A stretch of DNA of 64,000 nt. Source: Polyangiales bacterium (GTDB lineage Bacteria; Myxococcota_A; Polyangia; Polyangiales; Polyangiaceae). How positions within the stretch are numbered: position 1 is the stretch's first letter; each line of letters begins with the position of its first letter. Below, in pieces: positions 50,979 through 60,735 of the stretch. The stretch lies in NCBI GenBank assembly GCA_038231275.1, contig JBBRLQ010000001.1:608001-672000 (forward strand), read 5' to 3'. Made by a program: the position numbers and the translations under genes. The notes beneath the pieces are model-generated. The model saw only the letters and a program-made list of their open reading frames with translations, was not told the origin of the DNA and did not search any database.

Positions 50979-51415
50979 GCGCGGTCTTGTACGCCGGCCG
51001 CCGCGGGAGCGAAAGGCGCCGCGAAGACACGCCGCCAGAGCGGGTAGCTCCAGCAGAGGAAGACGAGGTGGCTCGTCACGAGGCGCACCGCCCAGTACGC
51101 GTGCGCGGTGACGGGCGCGTTGCGGAGGACCAGCTCATAGAGGAGGCCGTTCAGGACGAGCGCGACGATCTCGACGACGGTGTAGCCGACGGCTTGGCGC
51201 GCGAGCGAGCCGTGCGCGGCGCGGAAGGCGAAGTGACGGTTGCCGAGGAAGTTCGCGACGCCGCCGGCGAGGAGCGCGGGGATGCTCGCGGCGCGAGGGT
51301 CCCAATGGAAGACGGAGACGAGGAGCGAGAGGACGGCGAGATCGGTGAGGGTCGCGGCGATGCCCGCGGCGCCGGCACGGAGGAGCTCGAGGAGGCGGGG
51401 GAGGGAAGGCCGCAT
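50975..51415 (-). CDS. GtrA family membrane protein
   Basis: GAAGIAATLTDL, NFLGNRHFAF, YPLWRRVF; ATGA overlap with the SDR start. Confidence 0.8.
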   Translation of the reverse strand: MRPSLPRLLELLRAGAAGIAATLTDLAVLSLLVSVFHWDPRAASIPALLAGGVANFLGNRHFAFRAAHGSLARQAVGYTVVEIVALVLNGLLYELVLRNAPVTAHAYWAVRLVTSHLVFLCWSYPLWRRVFAAPFAPAAAGVQDRA

Positions 51416-51447
51416 CCTGGGGAGGGGTGCAAGGGCGAGGCCAGATT

Positions 51448-51462
51448 GTTGAATGGTTCAAC
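51448..51462. promoter_or_regulatory. palindromic operator candidate upstream of gtrA-SDR
   Basis: GTTGAA-TGG-TTCAAC perfect inverted repeat in an AT-rich patch. Confidence 0.5.
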
Positions 51463-51589
51463 CAGTTGCGGCGGGGCGCAAATTCGGGGGTTTGGACGCA
51501 AATGCGTCAGGGAGCAAAGGCGTTTGCGTAGGTGGCTTCGCTTGGCGACAGCGAACGGCGGTTCGCGGTCCGAGCCCGCCCGCTGACGG

Positions 51590-51886
51590 TCAGCGAGGCG
51601 GCCGCCCCGCGCGTGCGTCCTCTTCGGCAACGTCCGCCAGCCCCGCGAGATCCGCCAACCGCAACGGATGAAACGGTGGCCGCGGGGTGATCGGCATCGT
51701 GGCCGAGCCGCCCTTCTCCGTCAGGAGCCGCGCGCACAAGGCGACGCACGACTTGCCCTGGCACCAGCCTGTGCCGAAGCCCGTGTACCGCTTGAGCGAC
51801 TCGAGATCGTCGTGCCCCCGCTCGATCGCGTGCTCCAGCTCCTGGAGCGTCACGTCCTCGCAGCGGCACACGAGCGTCTTGCTCAT
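51590..51886 (-). CDS. BFD-like (2Fe-2S)-binding protein (opine/sarcosine oxidase alpha C-terminal-like)
   Basis: VCRCEDVT...[17 protein letters not shown]...TPRPPFHP. Confidence 0.85.
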   Translation of the reverse strand: MSKTLVCRCEDVTLQELEHAIERGHDDLESLKRYTGFGTGWCQGKSCVALCARLLTEKGGSATMPITPRPPFHPLRLADLAGLADVAEEDARAGRPPR

Positions 51887-52254
51887 CCGCGGTACTCGCA
51901 GCGCGCGTCGCTCGTCTCCCAAAGCGTGACCTGCTCGAGGCTCGGGAGCTTCGGCTTCATCTTGTCCCAGATCCACTTCGCGAGGACTTCGCTCGTCGGG
52001 TTCTCGAGGCCAGGGATTTCGTTCAAGAGGTGGTGATCGAGCTGTGCGTTCAGCGGCGCCCAGATCTCGTAGAGCTCCCCGAAATCGATGAACCAGCCGG
52101 TCTCCGGGTTCACGGGGCCGCTGACGGCGAGCTCCACCTTGAACGAATGCCCGTGCATCCTCGCGCACTTGTGGCCGGGCGGGACCTTCGGCAGCTGGTG
52201 GGCGGCTTCGAACTTGAACTCGTGGACGAGACGAACGTGGCTACTAGAAGTCAT
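51883..52254 (-). CDS. queD: 6-carboxy-5,6,7,8-tetrahydropterin synthase
   Basis: [30 protein letters not shown]. Confidence 0.93.
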   Translation of the reverse strand: MTSSSHVRLVHEFKFEAAHQLPKVPPGHKCARMHGHSFKVELAVSGPVNPETGWFIDFGELYEIWAPLNAQLDHHLLNEIPGLENPTSEVLAKWIWDKMKPKLPSLEQVTLWETSDARCEYRG

Positions 52255-52337
52255 GACGCTCCGGGGGTCACAGCTTGCACAAAGCCGCGCAGTCGGCTAC
52301 CAATTCCGCCCCCCGAAGAAGGAACGCAGGAACCGCC

Positions 52338-52463
52338 ATGTACCTCATGCTCTCGAAGAAGCCGCGCAAGGCGAACCGCACGAAGACCGGCCGCTACCGC
52401 GCCAAGCTCAAGGCGAAGGATCGCAACCGCCGCAACCGCGTCTACCAGGCTGGCAAGCGTTAG
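52338..52463 (+). CDS. 41-aa highly basic small protein
   Basis: AGGA SD, strongly biased codons (AAG/CGC), 17 of 41 residues K or R. Confidence 0.75.
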   Translation: MYLMLSKKPRKANRTKTGRYRAKLKAKDRNRRNRVYQAGKR

Positions 52464-52503
52464 AGCCGGCGAGCGCGCGCGGCGCCGCGAAGATGCCGCG
52501 CGC

Positions 52504-53091
<588 letters not shown>

Positions 53092-53121
53092 CGATTCGGC
53101 CCTACCACTTGTCCTCGTCCC

Positions 53122-53604
53122 TCAGTCGTTGAAGAGGTTGTCGATGTCTTCGTCGGTGATCTCGGCGAACGGAGAGTCCGCACCCGGCTCGGCGACCTTC
53201 TTCAGCAGCGACTCGAAGATGTGATTGAGCTCCTCGCTCGCCTTCTTCACGCGCAGGCGAACGAGCCCGAGGCTCGAGCGCGAGTCGAAGATGACGACGA
53301 GGATGACGCGGTTCCCCACGAGCTGAATGTGGATGTTGGCCTTCTCGCCCTCGTGGAACTGAGTGGCAAACTCGTTCTCTTTCAAGAGCTTCGCCATGCC
53401 ACCCGTCGCGGCGATGTTGCCGGCGGTGAGCGACGCGAGGCTCGTCGTATCGACGTGGTCGATGTCGCCGCTGGCGGCGATGAGTTGACCGTTCTTGTCG
53501 ACGATGAAGACGACCTTGGCGTTCGCGTCCTTCACCAGACGGTCTACGACCGCTTGGATCTGGTTGAACTCCTCCTCGTACATCACCATCTGCGGATTGA
53601 CCAT
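53122..53604 (-). CDS. mglB: roadblock-domain GAP MglB
   Basis: LVKDANAKVVFIVDKNGQLI, SLGLVRLRV, ITDEDIDNLF; directly upstream of mglA. Confidence 0.96.
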   Translation of the reverse strand: MVNPQMVMYEEEFNQIQAVVDRLVKDANAKVVFIVDKNGQLIAASGDIDHVDTTSLASLTAGNIAATGGMAKLLKENEFATQFHEGEKANIHIQLVGNRVILVVIFDSRSSLGLVRLRVKKASEELNHIFESLLKKVAEPGADSPFAEITDEDIDNLFND

Positions 53605-53786
53605 TCGACCCTCGCCTACTAGCTCGCGGTACTGGGGCGCGACGGCTGCACTTCATTTCCGATGGGCGCCAGGCCAGGCCGAGCAACCCAAAGGCTTGTA
53701 AACGGTTTTATCCGATCGGAGGCCCATTCAGCAAGGAGACCGCAACGAAGCGAAAAATGAGGCAAAAGGCGGCACCCTCGCGGACC

Positions 53787-55145
53787 TCATGCGCAGAAGC
53801 GGGTGACGGCGTCGTAGAGCACGCGAACGCCCCATTTCAGGCCGTCGACATGCACCCGCTCGTCGTCGCCGTGGTACATGCGCGTGAAGCTGACGCCGTC
53901 GTCCGGTAGGCGAATCGGGCTGTAGCCGTAGCATTTGGTGCCGAGCCGGCTGTACGCCTTCGAGTCGGTGAAGCCCGGGATCATGTAGGGAAGTGGGTGT
54001 CCGGACGGATCGTGCTCCCGCAGCGTTCGCGCGAGCTCTTCGAAGAGCGGCGTGGTGCTCGTCGTCTCGGTCGCCGGCATCGCGCGGATGACTTCGAGCT
54101 TCGCGTCCTCGCCGAGGACCTGACGCAGCTCCTCGAGGAAGCCGCTCTCGGTCTGGCCCGGCAATGTGCGGCCATCGAGCTCCACCGACGCGCGCCCCGG
54201 AATGACATTCACCTTGCTGCCCGCGCGCAGGACGGTGGGCGACGCGGTGTTCGACAGCATCGCGCCGAAGCTCCTCTTTTGCCCGTCGTCCTTCACGAGC
54301 CAGTCGAGGATGTGCGGCGCGATCTGAGGAACCGTCAGGCGCTTCAGCACGGTGCTCTGCGGCTGCGGCAGGTTCGCCGCGAGCTCGTGGATGAAGCGCG
54401 TCACCACGGTGGTCGGGTGCATCGGCAGGCGCGTCTTGCCGAGCCGGGCGATCGCGGCGGCGAGGCGGATGACCGCGCTGTTCGGATCGGGCATCGAGCC
54501 GTGACCGGGCGATCCCTCGAACGACGCGCGCACCCAGCAGATGCCCTTCTCCGCGACTTGGATCGGATAGAACGTGCGCCCGAACATGTGGAGCGAGAAC
54601 GCGCCGATCTCACCGAGCATGTACTCTGCACGCACCAGATCGGCGTGATCGTCGACGAGGAAGAGGCTCCCGTTCTCGCAGCCGGCCTCCTCGTCGGCGA
54701 CGGCCGCGAAGATGACGTCGCGCGAGAGCTTGCGACCGCTGCGCGCGACGAGGGAGAGGACGCACGCGCTCATCGCCGCCATGTGCTTCATGTCGATGGC
54801 GCCGCGGCCCCAGAGGTAGCCCTCGTGGATTTCCCCGGAGAACGGGCCGTGCTTCCAGCGTGACGCGTCGGCCTCCACGACATCCACGTGCGCGTTCAAG
54901 AGGAGCGGCGGCTTCTCACCGGTCCCCTTCACGCGCGCGACCATGCACGCGCGCGCCTTCTTCTTCGCGACCATGACCGGCTCGACCTTCGCCTCGCGGA
55001 GGAAGTCCGCGAGCGCCTCGGACGCGGGCTTCTCGTTGCCGTCGTCGTCGGCGCCGTTGCCGCGGTTCACGGTGGGGATGCGGATGAGCGCGGAGAGGAG
55101 CTTCACGCACGCGTCGCCCTCGGCCTGCCAATCGAAGTCGGTCAT
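53787..55145 (-). CDS. M20 family metallopeptidase/aminoacylase
   Basis: AHVDVV, GRGAIDMK, DEEAG, PGFTD, HGDDER. Confidence 0.92.
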   Translation of the reverse strand: MTDFDWQAEGDACVKLLSALIRIPTVNRGNGADDDGNEKPASEALADFLREAKVEPVMVAKKKARACMVARVKGTGEKPPLLLNAHVDVVEADASRWKHGPFSGEIHEGYLWGRGAIDMKHMAAMSACVLSLVARSGRKLSRDVIFAAVADEEAGCENGSLFLVDDHADLVRAEYMLGEIGAFSLHMFGRTFYPIQVAEKGICWVRASFEGSPGHGSMPDPNSAVIRLAAAIARLGKTRLPMHPTTVVTRFIHELAANLPQPQSTVLKRLTVPQIAPHILDWLVKDDGQKRSFGAMLSNTASPTVLRAGSKVNVIPGRASVELDGRTLPGQTESGFLEELRQVLGEDAKLEVIRAMPATETTSTTPLFEELARTLREHDPSGHPLPYMIPGFTDSKAYSRLGTKCYGYSPIRLPDDGVSFTRMYHGDDERVHVDGLKWGVRVLYDAVTRFCA

Positions 55146-55935
55146 CTACTCGATCCGGATCTGGATGCCCGCGCCGAAGCCGAACTCGCGGCCGCCGGCG
55201 GGCTGATTGATTTGGGGGAAGAGGAACTGCGTCTTGAAATCGAGGAAGCTCGTGATCTGGTAGCCGAGGCCGACGCCCATGCGAAGATCGGTGCCGGCCT
55301 TGCGGAAGCGGAGACCGGTCATGGGGCCCAGCCAGAGGCGCGAGGTCGCGGCGAACCAGACGTCGACCGGGGCCGAGACGCCGCTCTGGAAGGGCGTCGT
55401 GAAGATGACCGGCACGTAGGCGCCCATGTCGATGCGCGCGACGTCGCCGAGGTGGAACATGACCGGCATGCCGAAGAGAAAGCCGGGGCGCGAGCCCGCT
55501 TCGAAGGGGAGGTACGCGCGTCCTTGGAGGGCGAGCTCGGCGACGCGAACGCGGACGATGGTGCCGGTGATGCTGAATTCGGGGTTGGCGAACGGGTCGG
55601 CGCCGACGCCGAAGGTCTGCGCGTCGTAGAGGCGGCCGTACGCGTCGGCGCCGAGAGCTCGGCCCTCGCTGCCGCCGCGCACGCCGGTGCGGAGACCGAG
55701 CTGGAGGTGCGACGTGACGCCCACGGCCCCCTCCAGGTTGACGCCCACGCCCGTGACGTTCGCGTCGCCGACGCCGACGTGCGCGACGCCGAGGCCCGCG
55801 TCGAACGCCCAGTCGTGAACGAGGTAGCGTGATCGGACGGAGGACCCAAGGCTCCGCGGCGCGCGCGTCGCGCGGATCGTTGGCCAGGGCAAGCGCGCCG
55901 ACGATCACACCCGCCGCGATCCCCGCGCGCTTCAC
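55146..55935 (-). pseudogene. outer-membrane beta-barrel protein with an apparent +1 frameshift near 55818
   Basis: the signal peptide frame (VKRAGIAAG...ARA|AEPWVLRPITLPR) joins the barrel frame (HDWAFDAGLG...GIQIRIE) if one T is removed; GTGA coupling to the upstream gene. Confidence 0.7.
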
Positions 55936-56180
55936 GGCGTGAACCTCACACTTACCTCGACCTCCGCGTCGGGATCCTTCCCGCGCGACACCGGCACCGC
56001 GACGAACGCCGGGTCCGCACGAAGCGCGGTCATGACTGCCGTCAGGAGGCGCGGCCGCACGCTGGCCTTCCACGCCTCGAGCCACGCGTAGCCGTCGGCG
56101 TCGCCTTCGTACTCGTCGCCGAACTCGGCCTGGAGATCGACCGAGATGACGAAGCGCCCTTCTTCGCGGTAAGCCGGCAT
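55932..56180 (-). CDS. small hypothetical protein
   Basis: 82-aa ORF with biased codons, coupled to the downstream OMP start. Confidence 0.65.
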   Translation of the reverse strand: MPAYREEGRFVISVDLQAEFGDEYEGDADGYAWLEAWKASVRPRLLTAVMTALRADPAFVAVPVSRGKDPDAEVEVSVRFTP

Positions 56181-56197
56181 GTGGTACGAAACGTACC

Positions 56198-57148
56198 ATG
56201 CCGACGGCGGGTCTCGCGGTTCCCGGAGCGCTGCCGCCGGCGGAGATCGCCGCGCGCTCGCGGGAGGCGCTCGACCGACCGCTCGCGCACGACGTGGAGC
56301 TGACGATCGCGCACGCCACGGGGGAGGCGGTGCTCCTCGGCGCGTTTCAGCGGGTCGGCGCACGTGACGGAAAAGATGTAAAATACACATTTCACCGCCG
56401 AGGCTCGGGTGGCGCCGCGTTCTTCGTCGGACCAGGGACGCTGTGGGTGTCGCTGGCGCTCGCCACGCTCGACGCGCTGGGGCCGTGCCCGCCAGACAAG
56501 ATCCTGAACCGCCACGTTCGCCCGCTCCTCCGCGCGCTCCGGCGATGCGGCGCGCTCGCGCACTACTTCGGCCGTGACTGGGTCTCCGTCGCGCACCGTC
56601 CGGCGGCGGCGATCGGCTTCGCGCATGACCGCGCGTCGGGGCGGACGCACGTGGAGGCGTTCGTCGCGGTCTCGACGCCGTTCGTCCGCACGGAGGACGC
56701 GGGTCGCGCGTCCTTCCTCGGCAAGGCCCCCGGGACGCTCGAGGAGCTGACGGGGAAGCCCCTCGCGATGGACCGTCTCTCGAGCGCCGTCGCCGAAGCC
56801 TTCGTGCCCGACGCGATCCCGTTCACGCTCGCGCAGCTCGTGGACGCCGGCACCGATCCGCGCGACGATGCCCGGGCCGATCCCGCATGGACCGTGACCG
56901 CAGAAGAGGCGATCGGTGAAATCGGGGTGGCCATCGACGCGTCCGGTCGCCTCACCGTCGGCGGAGATCTCATGGTCTCACGTGACGCGCTGACGGATCT
57001 CCACGGGCGCTTGGCCAGCGGCGAGGACGCCGATCACGCACTCGACGCGTCGCTCGCCGCACAGGGGGTGGCTCTCGAAGGCGTTCGCTCGCTCCGGTCG
57101 TTCGCCGAGCTAATCGTGCGCGCGCGCGCATCGTCTCCGTCGAGCTGA
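56198..57148 (+). CDS. divergent lipoate-protein ligase (BPL/LplA/LipB)-like protein
   Basis: VLLGAFQ, RRGSGGAAFFVGPG (RRxSGG motif). Confidence 0.7.
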   Translation: MPTAGLAVPGALPPAEIAARSREALDRPLAHDVELTIAHATGEAVLLGAFQRVGARDGKDVKYTFHRRGSGGAAFFVGPGTLWVSLALATLDALGPCPPDKILNRHVRPLLRALRRCGALAHYFGRDWVSVAHRPAAAIGFAHDRASGRTHVEAFVAVSTPFVRTEDAGRASFLGKAPGTLEELTGKPLAMDRLSSAVAEAFVPDAIPFTLAQLVDAGTDPRDDARADPAWTVTAEEAIGEIGVAIDASGRLTVGGDLMVSRDALTDLHGRLASGEDADHALDASLAAQGVALEGVRSLRSFAELIVRARASSPSS

Positions 57149-57149
57149 A

Positions 57150-58652
57150 TTAGAACCGGGCCTGGAGCACGCCGGAGACCGTCTCGATCTGCTTCGACGG
57201 CGGCGTCTTGCCGGGGGTATGCACGTTGTCGATCGCGTGATCGATCTCCGCCATGAGCTGTAGCCCGCGCGTGAAGTGCACGACTGCGACGAACGCGTAG
57301 GTGTCGCGCGCGTTGTTCGCTTGTGCGGTGTCCGGCGAATAAAAATCGTAGCGCGCGCACAACGTCACCCAGTGCGAGACGTCCTGCTCGACGCGGAAAA
57401 ACAGGCTCCGCTCGTCTTTGCCGTCCACGTCGTCGCCGATGTTCGCCGGCATCGCGGGGAGACCGATTCCGGGGCCGTACTTGGTCCCGCGGTCCATGTT
57501 GTGGCCGAGGATGACCTCGCCGAACGCCTTGGTGGCGCCGAGCTTCTTCGAGAACGTGTGGTGGAAGCCCGCCTCGAGCTGCCCGGCGGCGCGTGGGTAC
57601 TGTTTGAACTTGAGCGCGGTCGTGTCGATGATCTGGCCCTGGCCGTAGTACGCGCCGAGCCCGACGTCCGCGATGCCGAAGTCGTAGTTGACCCGCCCGA
57701 CGACGTCCTTGCCGCGGTTCAAGTCGGGGATCACGGCGAAGGTCTTCTCGCCGATCATCTGTCCGTTCACGACGGCGAACTGCCCGGTCAGCTTCTCTTT
57801 GAACTTCGCCGATGCGCGCGCGCCGGTGTCGTACTCGCCGGGGAAGAGGTTCTGCTCGCCCCAGCTCCGCTCGATGAAGGGGCGGTCCGCGTCGCCCTGG
57901 AGGACCTCGTAGCTGAACGGGACTTTGAAGATGCCGGCGCCGTACTCCGCGACGAAGTCCTTGGTCCAGCGCACGATGCCGACCGCCTCGACGTTGCGCG
58001 CGATGGTGCCGGTCCCGCTGGTGGGCCCGCCGGACGGTGTCGGATCGATCTCGAAGACGAAGCGAGCGCTCTCGGACGGCATGAACTCGGTCTTGAGGCG
58101 CGCGCGGCGGAGGCGGAAGAACGTTCCGTTGGTGGTCGTTCCGTCGGTCTTGGCGGTGATGTCGTTCGCGGAGATCGAGTGCGGGAGGGTGCCGCCGTTC
58201 GAGTTGGGCGACGACGCGGCGTTGTAGACTTGCCACAAGAACTGCGGCTGCACGAAGCCGGTCAGCTTGAACATGCGGAGCCAGCGGATGCTCTCGGCCT
58301 GATCCTTCTCGATCTCCTCGTCCTTGTTGAGGCGGGCCTCGAGCATCTTGAAGCGGTTGTCGATCGTGGTGTCGCGGTTCGGATCGGAGGGGCCGCCAAT
58401 CGCGGGCGTGACGGCGTGGACCGGCTCGGGGGCCGGCGGGGTCAGCGGCATCAGCGCGCTTCCGGACGTCGACGCCGGCGTCTGCGGCGGACCGGCGCTC
58501 GCGGCGGCCGCTCCCGAATTTGCGGGCAGCGGCGCGGGATCGGCGGCAGCGCGCGGCGAGGGCCACGGCGGCGGTGGCGACGGCTGCTGCGCGCGCGCGG
58601 ATGCCGACAAGAGCGAGAGCGGAAGGAGCGCGAGGAGGAGGTGCGGTCGCAT
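57150..58652 (-). CDS. phosphate-selective porin (OprO/OprP-like)
   Basis: signal peptide, coiled coil, FRLRRARLK, FKVPFSYE, PFIERS, C-terminal QARF. Confidence 0.85.
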   Translation of the reverse strand: MRPHLLLALLPLSLLSASARAQQPSPPPPWPSPRAAADPAPLPANSGAAAASAGPPQTPASTSGSALMPLTPPAPEPVHAVTPAIGGPSDPNRDTTIDNRFKMLEARLNKDEEIEKDQAESIRWLRMFKLTGFVQPQFLWQVYNAASSPNSNGGTLPHSISANDITAKTDGTTTNGTFFRLRRARLKTEFMPSESARFVFEIDPTPSGGPTSGTGTIARNVEAVGIVRWTKDFVAEYGAGIFKVPFSYEVLQGDADRPFIERSWGEQNLFPGEYDTGARASAKFKEKLTGQFAVVNGQMIGEKTFAVIPDLNRGKDVVGRVNYDFGIADVGLGAYYGQGQIIDTTALKFKQYPRAAGQLEAGFHHTFSKKLGATKAFGEVILGHNMDRGTKYGPGIGLPAMPANIGDDVDGKDERSLFFRVEQDVSHWVTLCARYDFYSPDTAQANNARDTYAFVAVVHFTRGLQLMAEIDHAIDNVHTPGKTPPSKQIETVSGVLQARF

Positions 58653-58694
58653 GGCAGCGTTGGCGCCCAACGTACCATCCTTTCGCGCGTGTCC

Positions 58695-60689
58695 TCAGCG
58701 CGACGGAGGCACTTCCCAGACGCGCGCCTCGCGGAAGATCCGAACGAGCTCGCCGTCGACGTGGCCGTCTTTCACGCTGAAATCCAGGATGTCGAGCGCG
58801 CGCTCCACCGGCACCGCCTTCTTGTACGGGCGATCGCTGGCGGTGAGCGCGTCGTAGATGTCCGCGATCGACATCATCTTGCTCTGCACCGGGATCTCCT
58901 CGGCGCGCCACCGGTTCGGATAGCCCGTCCCGTTGAGGCGCTCGTGGTGCGCGCCGGCGATGATCGGGACGCGGCGGAATTTCTTTCCCCACGGGATCTG
59001 CGTGAGGAACTTGAACGTGTGCGACACGTGCGAGCGGATCTCGTCGAACTCGCCGCTCGTGAGGCTCCCCTTCTTCACGCTGAGCGACACCGTCTCGCGC
59101 TCGGTCAGGAGCGGCCGCATGACGCCGGCGCTGTCGGTGAACGACTCGCGCGCGAGCGTCTCGATCTTCTGGAAATCGCCGGCCGCCAGCACCGTCGGCT
59201 CGTTGGCGGCGCAGATGGACTGGAACGCCGCCTCGAGCTCGATGCGCTTGTCCTCGAGCTCCTTGTCGAGCGCGTCGAGCTCCGCCTTCGGCGCGTGCCG
59301 CTCGAGCGCTCGAACCTTTCGACGTAGCACGTCGGACTCGGTCGACTTGATGACGTAGTCGAAGCGCGCGCGCACCAGCTCGAGCTCCTCGTCGTAGAGC
59401 TTCTTCGCCTTGACGAGCACCTTCTCGCGGACGCCGATCTTTCCGAAGTCGTGGAGCAGGCTCGCGTACTCGAGCTCGCGGATGTCCTCGCGCGAAAAAA
59501 TCGCGTCCTTGTACGGACCGATCGCGACGCCGTCGACGACCTTCGCGAGCCCCACGGTGTAGTCGGCGACGCGGCGCGAGTGACCGCTCGTCGTCGGATC
59601 GCGCGACTCGATCGCCTCGACGCTGGCGCTCACGAAGCCCTCGAAGAGGCGGCGGATCTCGTCGTAGAGGAGCGCGTTCTCGAGGCTCGCGCCTGCTTGC
59701 GCGGCGACCATGCCGAGGAGCTCCTCGCTGCGCGCGTCGAAGGGGATCACCTGGGCCTGCAGGTCCTCCTTCTCGAAGAGCTTCTTCGCGGGATCCTTCT
59801 TCTTGTTGATCAGCTGGAGGACGCCGATGACCTCGTCGCGTTGCGAGATGAGCGGCGCGGCGAGGACGCTCTGCGTGCGGTAGCCGGTGCGATCGTCGAA
59901 GCGGCGGTCGAAGCCGAACGGTGAGCCGGCGGGCAGATCGTAGACGTCGGCGATGTTGATCATCTTGCGATCGATGGCGGCGCTCCCCGCGATCGAGCGG
60001 TTATTGAGCGGCATCGTGAACTCGCGCGAGTCGAAGCTCACCGAGTCGTTCTGCGCGAGCTTGAAGCGGAGCTGCGGGCTCTTCTCGTCGCCCTCGACCA
60101 CGTAGATGCTTCCCGCGTCGGCGCCGGTCACGAAGCGGCTCTTTTCGAGGATGATCGAGAGGAGCTTGTCGACGTCGCGCTCGGTCGTCATCGCGCGCGC
60201 GATGTTGATCAGCTCGCCGAGCTCGTACTGGTAGCGGTTCAGCCACTGCCCTCGCATCTCTGCGCGCGCCTTCGCCTCCATGAGCTCGAACGCGCGCGCC
60301 GCGGCGACGTAGAGCTCGTCCTTCGTGGGCGCAGCCGGGATGATGCACGCGAGGCCGGTGTTGATGGCGTGCTCGAGCTTCGTGTCCTTCGGGTGACCGA
60401 GGAGGATGAGGAGGGCGCGCGACTCGGCGAAGCGCGCCGCGAACGGCTTCAAGAGCTCGCGACCGTTGTCCCATACCGCGCTCGGCGCGATCACGAGCGC
60501 CACCTCTTCGCGCGTCGCGAGCACGAGGAGCGGATGCGGGCGGGTGACGCGACCCTCGGCGAGTCGCGATTCCTGCGCGAGCGTCGTCTCGACGAAGGTC
60601 ATCGCGGCCTTCATCATGTCGGCGCCGCCGACCCATCGCGAGTTGGGGGCCGCGTCGCTCGATTCCGGATCGAAGTGAGATTCCGTCAT
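58695..60689 (-). CDS. GAF + HD-GYP cyclic-dinucleotide phosphodiesterase
   Basis: GAF (GVLQLINK), TSGHSRRV, LHDFGK, HHERLNGTGYP, DIYDALT, RPYK. Confidence 0.92.
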   Translation of the reverse strand: MTESHFDPESSDAAPNSRWVGGADMMKAAMTFVETTLAQESRLAEGRVTRPHPLLVLATREEVALVIAPSAVWDNGRELLKPFAARFAESRALLILLGHPKDTKLEHAINTGLACIIPAAPTKDELYVAAARAFELMEAKARAEMRGQWLNRYQYELGELINIARAMTTERDVDKLLSIILEKSRFVTGADAGSIYVVEGDEKSPQLRFKLAQNDSVSFDSREFTMPLNNRSIAGSAAIDRKMINIADVYDLPAGSPFGFDRRFDDRTGYRTQSVLAAPLISQRDEVIGVLQLINKKKDPAKKLFEKEDLQAQVIPFDARSEELLGMVAAQAGASLENALLYDEIRRLFEGFVSASVEAIESRDPTTSGHSRRVADYTVGLAKVVDGVAIGPYKDAIFSREDIRELEYASLLHDFGKIGVREKVLVKAKKLYDEELELVRARFDYVIKSTESDVLRRKVRALERHAPKAELDALDKELEDKRIELEAAFQSICAANEPTVLAAGDFQKIETLARESFTDSAGVMRPLLTERETVSLSVKKGSLTSGEFDEIRSHVSHTFKFLTQIPWGKKFRRVPIIAGAHHERLNGTGYPNRWRAEEIPVQSKMMSIADIYDALTASDRPYKKAVPVERALDILDFSVKDGHVDGELVRIFREARVWEVPPSR

Positions 60690-60735
60690 GCGCGACGCCC
60701 TCCTCGCTCTCCGCGCAAGTGTACACTACCGGCCG

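Noticed and set aside
51463-51590. c-di-GMP riboswitch (GCAAA motifs) or tRNA
   Set aside because: It lacks the GNRA tetraloop/receptor architecture and a cloverleaf; only short palindromes are present
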